Origin: Mobula hypostoma
Taxonomy: Eukaryota
Reading direction: 5' to 3'
Length of the DNA: 64,000 bases
Assembly (NCBI RefSeq): GCF_963921235.1
Contig: NC_086097.1
Location: 241,058,001-241,122,000 of the forward strand
Shown here: piece after piece, positions 1-10,931 of the stretch
How positions within the stretch are numbered: position 1 is the stretch's first letter
Layout: each line of letters starts with the position of its first letter
The notes under the pieces: model-generated
Database searches by the model: none
Seen by the model: the letters and a program-made list of their open reading frames with translations, nothing else
What the model was told of the DNA's origin: nothing
Program-made: the position numbers and the translations under genes

Positions 1-99
1 CTGGCTGCTATCCCAGGCAAGGGTGCAGATCCCAGGGGCTCGAAATGAGATGTTTCAGTCTTCACTGGACACAAAGGAGGTACTAGATGAATGGTAGTC

Positions 100-1210
100 T
101 CTAAAGGTAGCTCCTTTTCTCCTGAAGGGCAGCAGGAGAAGCCCAGGCATAATCAACCTCTAAACCTAACATCAGTAGTCGAGAAGATACCTGAACACTG
201 TTTAGGATGAGGGCAGGTCAACAGATGTGATCTACCTGTCAGAAGGTGCTTGATAAGGGCCAATGTTGGAAACTGGTTCAAAAGGTTAGGGACCGTGAGA
301 TATAATAAAAGTTGGCTGACTGGATAAAAGAAAAACACTATAGGTGACGGCTAATGATAGAGAGTTATTTTTATAATTGGATGCCTGTAGTTAGTGGTGC
401 CCCTCAAGCATTGGTGCTAGGGGCCCTTGCTGTTTGTAATATCATGGCTAACACGAGATGGCACAGTTTTAAGGTGCTGAGAAGTAGGTACAGAGGGGAT
501 GTCAGGGGTAAGTTTTTTACGCAGAGAGTGGCGAGTGCGTGGAATGGGCTGCCGGCGACTGTGGTGGAGGCAGATATAATAGGGTTTTTTAAGAGGCTCC
601 TGGATAGGTACATGGAGCTTAGAAAAATAGAGGGCTATGGGTAACCCTAGGTAATTTCTAAAGTAAGGACATGTTCAGCACAGCTTTGTGGACCAAAGGG
701 CCTGTATTGTGCTGTAGGGTTTCTATGTTTCTATAATGAACACTGTGAAAGTGGGAGGCGGAAAGAGGATGATATAAGGACTGGAGAACTTGATGATATT
801 GTAGAATGTTGCCTTAGTCTTGACAGCGGAGGTACCAATATGGTAGTGAAATTAGAGGAGTTAATAGCAGATGGAGATTAATGAAGACAAATGAAAGTTG
901 ATGCTTGTCGGGGTACTGATGAGTCAAGGGTGCACACTGTAAACAATAGGGTGTTAGGGGGTATTGAGGATTGGCGATACCTTGGAGTACAATTGCATAA
1001 GTCCTTTACGATGCTAACACAGGTAGACAATAGACTGTGAAGACGTGGGAAACTGGTGTTCATTAGTTGAGGGTTTTGCACACAGAAATAGACCAGTTAT
1101 ACTCTAACTTTACAAAATCTTGGTCAGAGCTGAACTGGAGTACTGTGTGAAGTTCTGGCCACCAAGGGATACGAGAGAGTGCAGAGGATATTCACCAGGA
1201 TGTTGGATGC
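100..1210 (+). mobile_element. Degenerate CR1 LINE fragments, including a 3' end at ~455-735
   Basis: ORF ...RGKFFTQRVASAWNGLPATVVEA...FKRLLDRYM is the CR1 ORF2 C-terminus, followed by a (ttctatgt)n tail. The flanks contain decayed RT sequence. Confidence 0.8.
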
Positions 1211-1212
1211 TG

Positions 1213-1445
1213 GGCGGCATGGTAGAGTATCGATCAGGGTTCAATTCCCACCGCTGTCTGTAAGGAGTTTGTACGTTCTCCCCGTGACCACATGGGTTTC
1301 CTCCAGATGCTCTAGTTTCCTCCCACAATCCGAAGACATACTTTAATTGGCCATTGTAAATTGTCCTGTAATTAGGCTGGGATTAAATCGGGGGATTGCT
1401 CGATGGGCTGAAAGGGCCTATTCTGTGCTGCATGTCAATAAATTT
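1213..1445 (+). mobile_element. tRNA-derived V-SINE (HE1-like)
   Basis: B-box-like GGTTCAATTCC followed by the V-domain GGAGTTTGTACGTTCTCCCCGTGACC...GGGTTTCCTCC...GTTTCCTCCCACA. Related copies lie at ~2710-2980(+), 3580-3775(-), 22375-22565(-) and 42085-42230(+). Confidence 0.75.
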
Positions 1446-2584
1446 TAAAAATCAGTAAATTAGGGTTAGTAAAATGTGAGCTTGTTATGTTGGTACCATC
1501 AACTGACACTTGTGGGCTGCCCCGGCACATCCCCAGATTGTGTTGGTCGGTGATGCAAACACCGCATTTCACTGTTCATTTCCATGTACATGTGACAAAT
1601 AATGCTAATCTTTTTCTGAGATAGCACAGTCCCATTATGAGAAGTTAGGTCTGGTTTCCTTGGAGTGGGGGAAGTTAAGACAAGACATGACTGAGGTGTA
1701 TATAAAATTATGAGAAGTATAGATAGAATAGACTGTTGAAAACTTTTAAAGCGAGAGGACGTAGATTTATGGTAAGGGGGGAGAGTTTTAGAGAGGATAC
1801 GACAAGGGTTGCGTTCATGTAGAGAGTGATAAGTACTGTGAGTACACTGCCTGAGAGAGTGGTTGAAGCTGGATCACTCACAGTATTTAAGAAGTGTCTA
1901 GATGAGCACTTGAATCACTTAGGTATAGGCTATAGACCAAGTGCTGGGAGACAGGAATTAATATGTAAGAGTCCTCGCTGGTGTGTGTGAACGAGTTGGG
2001 CTGAAGGGTATAATTGCATGCTATACAATGATTCTATGACTCTACGACAAAAACAAAAAGATAATTGTTTCAGAAAAAAATATTGTTTAGTAACAAAGGA
2101 CCTCCTTGTTAATCTTCTAGTATTTTAAGTACTACTCAGTGACTACACGCCCGCCTGTTCCCATCTGTGGCCATGCAATGATATATAGGCGGTGACCTGT
2201 TACCGAGAATTGAATTAGCCAAAGGACACCAAAGACTTGGATAAAAGAAAGCCCTCAGCAAAAATAAGTATTTCCTCCTAAGTGACAAAGGCACACTTGG
2301 AATTATCATTCTGAAAGGATAAGATTGTTTTTAATATAAATTCTATTGCCACCATAAATACTATTGTGAATATTCAAAGTAACTGCAGATTTTAAAAATG
2401 AATTAATTAAGGAGGAAGAGTTTTTCATTAACAGTAATGGATTCAAATTATGCTTATGTTGTATAATCCATTTAGCAATGACCTCCCTATACCTAAGTTG
2501 CACACAGAATAGCCAGTAAATGATTAGCCGCAATAGAATGTGAGTGGAAATAATTTGGAAAATGTGTAGCTCAGGTGGTCGATG

Positions 2585-3250
2585 GTTGGATTGAATTGTT
2601 GTCTGATCTTGGCAATTTTCTTGCAATCGTTTTGTTACCATACGAGGAGACATTGTCAGCGCGGTGTGCCCTCTGAATGCTTGGTCTTTATATACTTTTC
2701 AGAACTTTTTGGGTGTCATGGTACTGTAGTGATTAGCACAATGCTTTACTGTACTAGCAATTCCTGTAAGTGCCTATAAGGAGTTTGTTCGTTCTCCCCA
2801 TGACGTCCAGGTGCTCCAGTTTCCTCCCATAGTCCAAAGACATACCGGTTGGTAGGTTAATTGGACATTGTAAATTGTCCCATGATTAGGCTAGGATTAA
2901 AATTGGGGGATCACTGGATGGGCCTATTCAGCTCAAAGGGCTGGAAGGTCCTATTCCCCACTGTATCTCAATAAATAAATAGTCAGCTGATTGGACATCA
3001 TTTCGGAAACTCAATTGACCCAGGCCACAATGCATGAAGTTCGCCACACAGCCAATCAGCAACAAGATTTCCTCCCTGCATCACAATTGAGTTCCCAAAA
3101 TGACATCCAATCAGCTGATTGAAAAATATGTAAAGGCCAAGCATTCAGAGGACACATCATAATCAACAGGGCACTGGCGATATCTCCTGGCATGGTGACA
3201 ACACGTTTGCAAGTAAATTGCCAAGATCGGAGAACAACTCAGCCCAACCA
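2585..3250. mobile_element. Inverted pair of old Penelope-like terminal repeats, interrupted by a V-SINE (~2710-2980)
   Basis: 2585-2700 plus 2981-3017 is the reverse complement of 3084-3250. Each arm carries a decayed CTGACGA-TGTC...GAC-GAAACG motif. Confidence 0.6.
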
Positions 3251-3928
3251 GAATGTAAATGAAGGTTGTCAGGATAGACACCAATGAGGAAAATTCGTAT
3301 CAGCAAAGTTTTCAAAGAAGTTCTCACGGAGTAAAATCCTAAACTGTGAGCCAGTGGAGCCAATGGAGTATTATTGCATTTTATCAGTGTAATTCGTGTC
3401 TGAAGGAAAAACTGTAGCCAGCAAGGGGATTGTCTTCTACCAGGATCATCCCTTCAGCATTTTCCCCAGTGCACCTCAAGTAGCTGTTTAAGCATTATTT
3501 AATTCACTGATGGGCTTCCTTCCTCAATGAGCATTTCTGTCCCTAAATTTATATTTATAAAGGCCTTTATATTTATTTAAAGATACGCACTGTAACAAGC
3601 TATTCTACACCAATGAGCCTGAGCCACCCAATTACACCCAAGAGTCGGAAGATGGGAGGAAAGTGAAGCACCCAAGGGAAAACCGCCCGGTCACGGGTAG
3701 AACATACAAACTCCTTACGGACAGCTGCAGATTGAACCTGGGTCAATGGCATTGTGCTAACTGCTACGCCGCTGTGTCTTATTCTGGTTTTAGCTCAGCA
3801 TCATATGGGTATGGAAGGTTAAACTTATGAGGGTCGTTTGCTAGCTCTAGGTCTGTACTCAACAGGCTTGAAAAATGAAGGGGGGGTGGGATCACATTGA
3901 AACGTATCCAATACTGAAAGGCCTAGAT

Positions 3929-4007
3929 CCAGGGTTCCCAACCTTTTGATGTCATGGTGCAAGGCCATTAATCAATGGGTCCATATACCCCAGAGTGGGA
4001 ACCCCTG
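3929..4007. mobile_element. 79-bp hAT (Charlie-like) MITE inserted in a CR1 fragment (~3800-4335)
   Basis: Termini (C)CAGGGTTCCCA...TGGGAACCCCTG; 8-bp TSD GCCTAGAT at 3921-3928 and 4008-4015. Confidence 0.75.
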
Positions 4008-4369
4008 GCCTAGATAAAGTGCATGTGAAGAGGATGTTTCCTGCAGTGGATGAGTCTAGGACCAGAGGGAACTGCTTCAGAATAGCAGGATGTCTGATTA
4101 CAAGACAAGATGAGGAATTTCTTTAGCCAGAGTGTGGTGAATCTGAGGAATCCATTGTCATAAATGGCTGTATAGGCCAAGTCTTTGGGTATATTTAAAG
4201 CAAATCTTGATTAGTCAGGGCGTGGAAAGGTTAAGGAGAGAAGTTGGGAGACTGGGGTAATCAGTCATTGTGGAATGGTGGAGAAGACTTGGATGGCCTG
4301 AATGGCATAATTCTATGTCCTATGGTCTTATGGGTACAGATCTACATGATCTCATGAGCAGATACCTAC

Positions 4370-5305
4370 ATGTATGTCGTAGGTCCCATTTAACAAAGCA
4401 GGTCGCTGAGCGTTCAGGTCCTGTAGCATCCCAGTTAGCAAGCCCGTGTTTCGGCTAAGTTTCTGAAAGTCTTTGGACTGAGAGAACTGCACCATGTTAT
4501 GTAACGCCAGGATCTTGGAGTCCAGATCTGAGTCTTGGCGGGTGCGATTGTGCAAGCCCAGGTGATATTTGCGGAAATGCTTGATCAGATCGGTCGGGTC
4601 GTTCCCATAATAGCCATAACCACAAATGTTGCACTTGAAGTCTTGCAGTTCTGGAGTGAGGGGCACCGCCTCTGGGTTGTCAGTCAACTGGTCGGCTTTT
4701 GCTTTGTCAGGTGCCACAGCCCCATCCGAGAGCACCTGAGAGTTCTCTGAAGGCGTCGCGCCCTGGGTGACAGGGGGCTGGTCAGCTGGGTCACCCTGTG
4801 GCGGCTGCACCTTCTCGCGCCCACTTTTGGGTGAGGCTTGAGCAGTGTGGTTTAATTCCAGGAGCTTCCCAGATACGTTGCAGCTCCTGCCATCGCCATC
4901 ATCTGGTTCTGATCTGCCCGGAGACTTGCAGGCCTCGCAGGCTCCGCTAGCAGCCTGAGATGAGAGAGCAGGCATATTTCTGTCTGTCACCTCATCTTGC
5001 GGGAAGGATGGAACATTTCCTCCCTTCTTGTGGCTTTTATAATTGAAGCCATTCCCTTCGCCCAGTGCGGGGCTTTTCAAGTCGCTTTTGATGCCGGCTA
5101 CGTCTGCGACACGCAGACAGTGTTCCTCCTTGTTGGCAGACTCTAGTGCATCTTGTTGGCTGTTATGTTCCTGCATGGGGTCCGAGGGTCCTGAGTTTAC
5201 AAGGGTCTCCTGATTGACGGCACTCTCTGGCTGAGGGACCTGGCAATCTTCACCTTCTCCTTGGCTCACGAGATTTCTCAATGGTGGATTCTTTTTCCGG
5301 ACCAT
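4370..5305 (-). CDS. TRPS1: TRPS1 (GATA-type zinc-finger transcriptional repressor), first large coding exon; partial CDS that continues beyond the left edge of the window
   Basis: Translation [11 protein letters not shown]...[17 protein letters not shown]...[41 protein letters not shown]...LLNGTYD matches the vertebrate TRPS1 N-terminus and first C2H2 finger. The acceptor is ttttttgtgcctgctcttgcacag|AT ATG (exon starts 5307, ATG 5305-5303). The likely donor is CAT|gtaggt at 4370/4369. Confidence 0.96.
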
Positions 5306-5756
5306 ATCTGTGCAAGAGCAGGCACAAAAAAAAATGTAAATATCTCTCTTTAGGGTACTGGAACTTTTCATAGTTTGAAAACTCCCGGCATTTCTACTAC
5401 TAAGCACTTAGAACAGTGAAGTACCGATTCTCCTATACCCAAATTAACAGTTTCATCATGTTTATCTTGACCCCTTTTTACCCCTGTACATTTTCATCCT
5501 AATCGCTTTCTTTATCGATGCTTTGGTTGACATATCCTTGCAATGAAATCTTTATGGATATTCCCGCCCAAGTTTACACGGATGAACGCACTGCCTGGTC
5601 TCCGTGTAAGGGAATGACGAATCCAGAAAGTTCTTCATGGAAAGCCACTGCATCTTTCAAGCCACAACGCACATCGCACCTCCCCTTCTGAAAACTGGAA
5701 TTGCCGTCTTTTATGTTATTTACTGTACGAGCCTTAATACAATATTGATAGATACA

Positions 5757-5758
5757 CA

Positions 5759-5808
<50 letters not shown>
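5757..5808. repeat. (CA)n microsatellite
   Basis: Direct reading. Confidence 0.95.
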
Positions 5809-5810
<2 letters not shown>

Positions 5811-7638
5811 GTTATTCTGTTATTTTCTTAATATCCGTATATATCCAGATATGAAATAGAATTTTCACGGCATTGGAATATTCAGTTATTTTTATATTAG
5901 GGTTAACAGTGGTAAAGCTGTTAAGAGAATAGCATTTTAGCATCTCTTGTTTTTCTTAAATAAAGTTAACTAACTGTTACATTAGCAAAGTCTGCAAATA
6001 TATTTATCGCAGAATACCGTGCAACAGTCGAAACTTTACATTTTAAAATCACACTTTCGACCAAAATTAAAATGCTGCGGACGACTGATAGGTGGGGATT
6101 TTGTTCGTGAACAGATTAATTAATCATTGTGCTCTTGAAATAAGTGCACTGTCTTTGTTCTCCATTAAGAACTAGAGAAAGTTTTTGTTACTTTTTAACT
6201 TCACATGACGGTATTTTCTCTTTTTTTGTGTGAATAAAACAGATTTGATAATCTATCCATTGTCTTGACTGTGAGGTTGACTTGCTGCCCCATTCCCCAC
6301 AACGGCAAGACTGCCTGTCCAGTGACAGAAATTATGAAAAGTAACAACTACCAGGTATCAACCACAGTATTTCCGTAAATCCGTGAAACATTGGCAGAAT
6401 ACAGTTCGTTGCTCTAGAAAGGGACAGGGTAAAATCCCTTATTCTAGATGACTGATCAAAACAAAAGAACCCATTACGTTTAAACAAAGTTAGTGTTGGC
6501 TTGGCCTACCTTTTTGGAAAGTGATCTTTCAAAGTTTTGCCCTTCCTGCTGTATACTATTTTTGGTGTAAATTCCTAGTACTGATGATTTTGTTAACACT
6601 GAAAAACGTTTATCAACACAGTGAGGAAAAATCGTCAGCAACGAAAAGCGAGCCAATGATTATTCTATATTACGTGCCCTGACAGTAAGCCAGAAACTGT
6701 AAATAAAATGGGTAATTCGGTAAAGCACAGCCTTGGAAGAGCGTCACACACCATCTGCTTGAATAAGTTTTATTAGATGAACTGTGACTACCGCTGCAAA
6801 CACACAAAAAGAAGTTTCCTTAGATTTCAAAAAGGCAAGTCACCGTGAGATTGCTTTGTTTTTCAACAGACATTTCAAATAATTCAATAATCATCCAAAT
6901 ATTTCCACCACACTTCGACTCGTCTTCCAATTCCAGAATTTATATGATCCAACAACTTTCGAACCTCTCTTTATGCCGGTGCTAATAAAGCTCCCCAGAT
7001 CGCTTTAATAATGTGTACAGCCAGACACAGATATTGCAGACTGAAAGTCAACAGGGTTAGAATGACAGCCAAGATTATTTAGTGGAAATTTACAACGTTC
7101 CGAGTCCAAACAACGACACTTCCCGTTTTTTCTCCCCAATAATTCAATCGCCAACAACCGTTCCGTAATTCTCCTCACTTTCTGCTCACTCTATGTTTTC
7201 GTTGCACTGTGTGTATTTACTGTCAGTGCATTCCTTTCGAGTTTGAAGCAAACAGACAGGCCTGCTTATATCCATTCAAACTTATACGCACATTGCCGAC
7301 TTGGCCTTGTGAACAAACCTTCACTCTATCTCAGATTGTTCCTAGTCTGGACACCGCCGGTGCAACTAGTCACAATGTAATTAACCCGACTGGACTCCAG
7401 TTAAGTGCGACCAAACGATGCTCCCTCATGATGCAACGATGGTATTAGTACAGATATGCATGCACTCATGTGCGTTATTAAAAATAGCTTATGGTAACTA
7501 ACTGCAACGTTTTTGGGGGGCGGAGGAGGAATTCCATCAACTGACCATGAGTTATACAAGATCATCAGCGTTATCATCATGTCCCGTGGCTCTACAAAAT
7601 AGGGAGCAGATATTATTCGACAGAACCATTATGATCAC

Positions 7639-7764
7639 GGGAAAATCTGCAGATGCTGGAAATCCGAAGCAACACACTCAAAATGCTGGAGGAACTCAGC
7701 AGGCCAGGCAGCATCAATAGCAAAGAGTAAACAGTCGACGTTTCGGGTAGAGACCCTTCATCAG
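7639..7764 (-). mobile_element. Short Penelope-type terminal-repeat insertion carrying a hammerhead core
   Basis: Shares TGCTGGAGGAACTCAGCAGGCCAGGCAGCATC with the 3' ends of the Penelope copies. It is flanked by the imperfect 18-bp duplication CAGAACCATTATGATCAC (7621-7638) / CAGAACAATTGTGATCAC (7762-7779). Confidence 0.75.
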
Positions 7765-7767
7765 AAC
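7732..7767 (-). ncRNA. Minimal type-I hammerhead ribozyme motif (core intact, stem I shortened)
   Basis: Minus strand GUU-CUGAUGA-A-GGG(UCUCUA)CCC-GAAAC-GUC-GACUG. Confidence 0.6.
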
Positions 7768-9340
7768 AATTGTGATCACTTCTTGCAAGTTGTAAACTCT
7801 TTTTGCGCAATTCTTCCTGCACTAGATAACAATCAGACGTTCATCTTTTAAATTCTATTTCCCACCCCCACCTTCACTCACAACTATCATTCAAAGCATT
7901 CCACGATCTCAGCCATTTCGTTATTAATGCAACACTTTTAGCGACTGTTGAAGTTGAGTACAGATCTCAGTCGTAAATCAATACAAGTTTTTTTTTAATC
8001 ATTCCACACACGCAAGATTAGCCCGGCGATGCCTGCATCCATTATCTGCTCAAGCACTGTATAAACTTGTCATTAATCATAACATCACTTACAACTTTCC
8101 TTATAACAGTTATCATTGTTAGCTAACCCACCTATCCATCTCTATAGCTAAATGCATCGCGCACCAGAACTCTAATGTGCTCCGTCATAATTGGGAATTT
8201 GCTACTCGGGGGTTCTTTCTGAACTATAAATGAATACTCAGCGAGAAGTGATCACCGTCTGCGAGACAAGAATCGTTAATCTACACGTGTTAGGAACTCG
8301 AGTGAACAACAGCTTTCCGCAACATTTCCTGTGATAAGGAAACAAAGAGATCAGACTTCAATAGGCTTATGATTCATGTGAATGCAAACGTGACATTCAC
8401 TTAAAACCGGATTCCGAACAATCCGGGCTCATTCAAGGGAAGGACACTTCATCACTGCAGTTGTTCAAAGTTCCCCATACAACTGTAAACTTTATATCAA
8501 CGCCCGTACCACCGCCGATAAATGGTACCATGAAACACTTGTAAACCTCTACGTTTATAAACGATTTCGCGTCAGCAGTAAACGATCCGAGGAGTTACTT
8601 CACCGCATTATCTCTACTGGTCAGATGTACCTCAGAAGTGACAAAGCTCCTTTTGAATGTCTTCGATAAGTGATTACATCTGTACTCCTTGATAAGCACA
8701 ATAGTCCCATTAAATAACTTCGGAAATTTCAGTAACTCCCGACAAAGTTCAGACTAACTTCCCGACAATGGTGCAAATCTCGTGTTAAGCTTGATTCCAA
8801 AACTCGGAGAAAAAAAATATTCACCCCCGCTTGGGGAAAGCTAAACAATTCAAATTTCACGTATTTCCAATTTCATCATGATGTGTTAAAGGAAAACTGA
8901 GAAACAATTGCCTGAAAATCTAGGGGGCAGGGGTGGGTAGGAATATGACAATTTTATTTGCCCACACCTAGGGCGAATAAGCACAAGTCAAAACAAAAAG
9001 TGAGATGTGTCAAAGTTGCACCGAGATGAAACGCGCCAGCAATCACAAGGAGCTTTTAACAGATCTTGCCGGTCACATCCAGCCAGATCAGCAGGAAACA
9101 TTTTAATAGCATTTTTATCCCACACGTCCTGAACTAACTGGGGCCACATTTTACTGAGTGTGTATAAGAAAACGCAAACGGCCCATTCTGCCCCTGTCAA
9201 ACGCTACAATTACTTATGTCTGTACTTTCAAAGCTGTACTTGGCATTATATCAGGAGGAGAGAAAAAAAAACAGAGAGTCCTAGTCTGGAGAGGTTCAGT
9301 CACCGGAGGAAAGTGTCTGGCCACAGACGATATTCAACCC

Positions 9341-9352
9341 GGCGCGCGCGCG

Positions 9353-9395
<43 letters not shown>

Positions 9396-9416
9396 GCGCG
9401 CACACACACACACACG
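9341..9416. repeat. Compound (CG)n/(CA)n microsatellite
   Basis: Direct reading; an uninterrupted alternating purine-pyrimidine tract. Confidence 0.95.
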
Positions 9417-9847
9417 TTTAACACAACTTTAAAGAAAGTTCACTTCAACCCTGTTACTCCCGGCTCCCGCCAGTTGGGCCGCAAAGGATTTTCCGCTGTC
9501 GGAAAGACTGAGATAGAGTGTAAGGGAAGCGAGTTTACCGTTCGCGTGGAACGTAAAGTAGAATTTAATGTATCTATACACGTATCCATGTATACACCGC
9601 TTAATTCGGCAAAATAAAATTAATTAGTCCACTCAGATGTATTTAATCGAGGTTACCTCGGCCACGTCACTCACAAACTTTCTTGGCGCTGCAGAAACAT
9701 TTGGATCCAGATCTTTCACTCTAACATCTCTTACTGAAAATACACTTCTAACACCATCCATTTCCCTGTTGCCACTTTCCCGCTAAGCAGCCAGCACAAC
9801 AGCAGCAAAAAAAGAGAGACAAAACCCGGAGAAGATCCCAAACGTAC

Positions 9848-9900
9848 TTGAAATCATCGTTTCCTCTGGTAAACTTGACCCTAAAGGCTACTGGAGGCTA
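9848..9900 (-). other. TRPS1: Candidate alternative TRPS1 upstream exon (3' end) contributing M-I-S-(N); 5' boundary unknown
   Basis: The minus strand reads ATG ATT TCA A|gtacgt (ATG 9857-9855). The phase-1 donor joins AT ATG GTC of the coding exon in frame. Confidence 0.45.
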
Positions 9901-10198
9901 CTGTCACGTACGAGGAACCATTTCTCATGCCTGTTCAAGTGACCTCCCGACCCAACAAGTACGGGAAATGGGAATGCATGTGAAACCTGAGAAGTCTGCC
10001 GCTTTCTTTTTTTTAAAAAAAAGAGGCAGAGATCTCCTGTTGACTGCACAAAACTGCAAACATTATCTTAATAAATAAACGCAAATATCTTAAACGAGCG
10101 AGCCGGCGGCTGCCCACACACACAAACATAGGGTATGCAAAGAGAATCGGAAAAATCGGGAGATCTTTGTTCTTTAAATCTCGGAGCTGGTTGTCGCC

Positions 10199-10203
10199 CT
10201 CTC

Positions 10204-10296
<93 letters not shown>
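10199..10296. repeat. (CT)n microsatellite immediately downstream of the exon 1 donor
   Basis: Direct reading. Confidence 0.95.
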
Positions 10297-10299
10297 TAC

Positions 10300-10505
10300 C
10301 TGTTGATTAGATGGCAATAATCTTTGCAGCTGGAAAGATGGTGGAGCTTTGGTGAGAGCCATGAACCGTCTGAGTTTTTTTTTGCAGTGTGAGATTTTTG
10401 TGAGAGAGAGAGAGAGAGAGAGAGTGAGGCAGACAGACAGACAGAGAAAAGGAGAGAGGCGCGGACTGAGCCGGTTTTACGAACGCACTGCCTGGGTCCG
10501 TCTGC

Positions 10506-10560
<55 letters not shown>

Positions 10561-10610
10561 TGTGTGTGTGTGTGTTTGTGTGTGTGTGTGCGCGTGTGTG
10601 TGTTTGTGTG

Positions 10611-10671
<61 letters not shown>

Positions 10672-10820
10672 AATATGTCGGAGAGAAAGGGGCTCCAGTT
10701 CAACCCGGCCTTTATCACAAATGTTATCGCTTGTCAGGACCCCGACTTCAAGCATTACGTCATTTTCAAGACACCATTCAGCGCTAATACAAACAGCGGA
10801 CATGCCTTTGCTATCGCGCC
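10300..10820 (-). other. TRPS1: TRPS1 5'-UTR exon 1 (5' boundary approximate)
   Basis: Strong donor AATCAACAG|gtaaga at 10300/10299. The blocks GACGGTTCATGGCT...CCACCATCTTTC...TAATCAACAG and GGTGTCTTGAAA.TGACGTAATGC...GTCCTGACAAGCGATAACATTT.TGATAAAG resemble the mammalian TRPS1 mRNA leader as I recall it. Confidence 0.8.
10508..10668. repeat. (GT)n microsatellite, ~160 bp
   Basis: Direct reading. Confidence 0.95.
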
Positions 10821-10875
10821 GCCTCACAACACATACACACCAGCAATCGGCTGCGATCATCGCCATCGGGCCTCT

Positions 10876-10931
<56 letters not shown>

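Noticed and set aside
5308..5407. N-terminal extension MLSSRNAG...CACSCTD of the 351-aa ORF
   Set aside because: It lies upstream of a canonical polypyrimidine tract and CAG acceptor, so it is intronic read-through.
5574..5700. Possible small exon upstream of the coding exon (tttcag acceptor, gtaaac donor on the minus strand)
   Set aside because: Splice signals are weak and I recognise no homology; it cannot be supported without transcripts.
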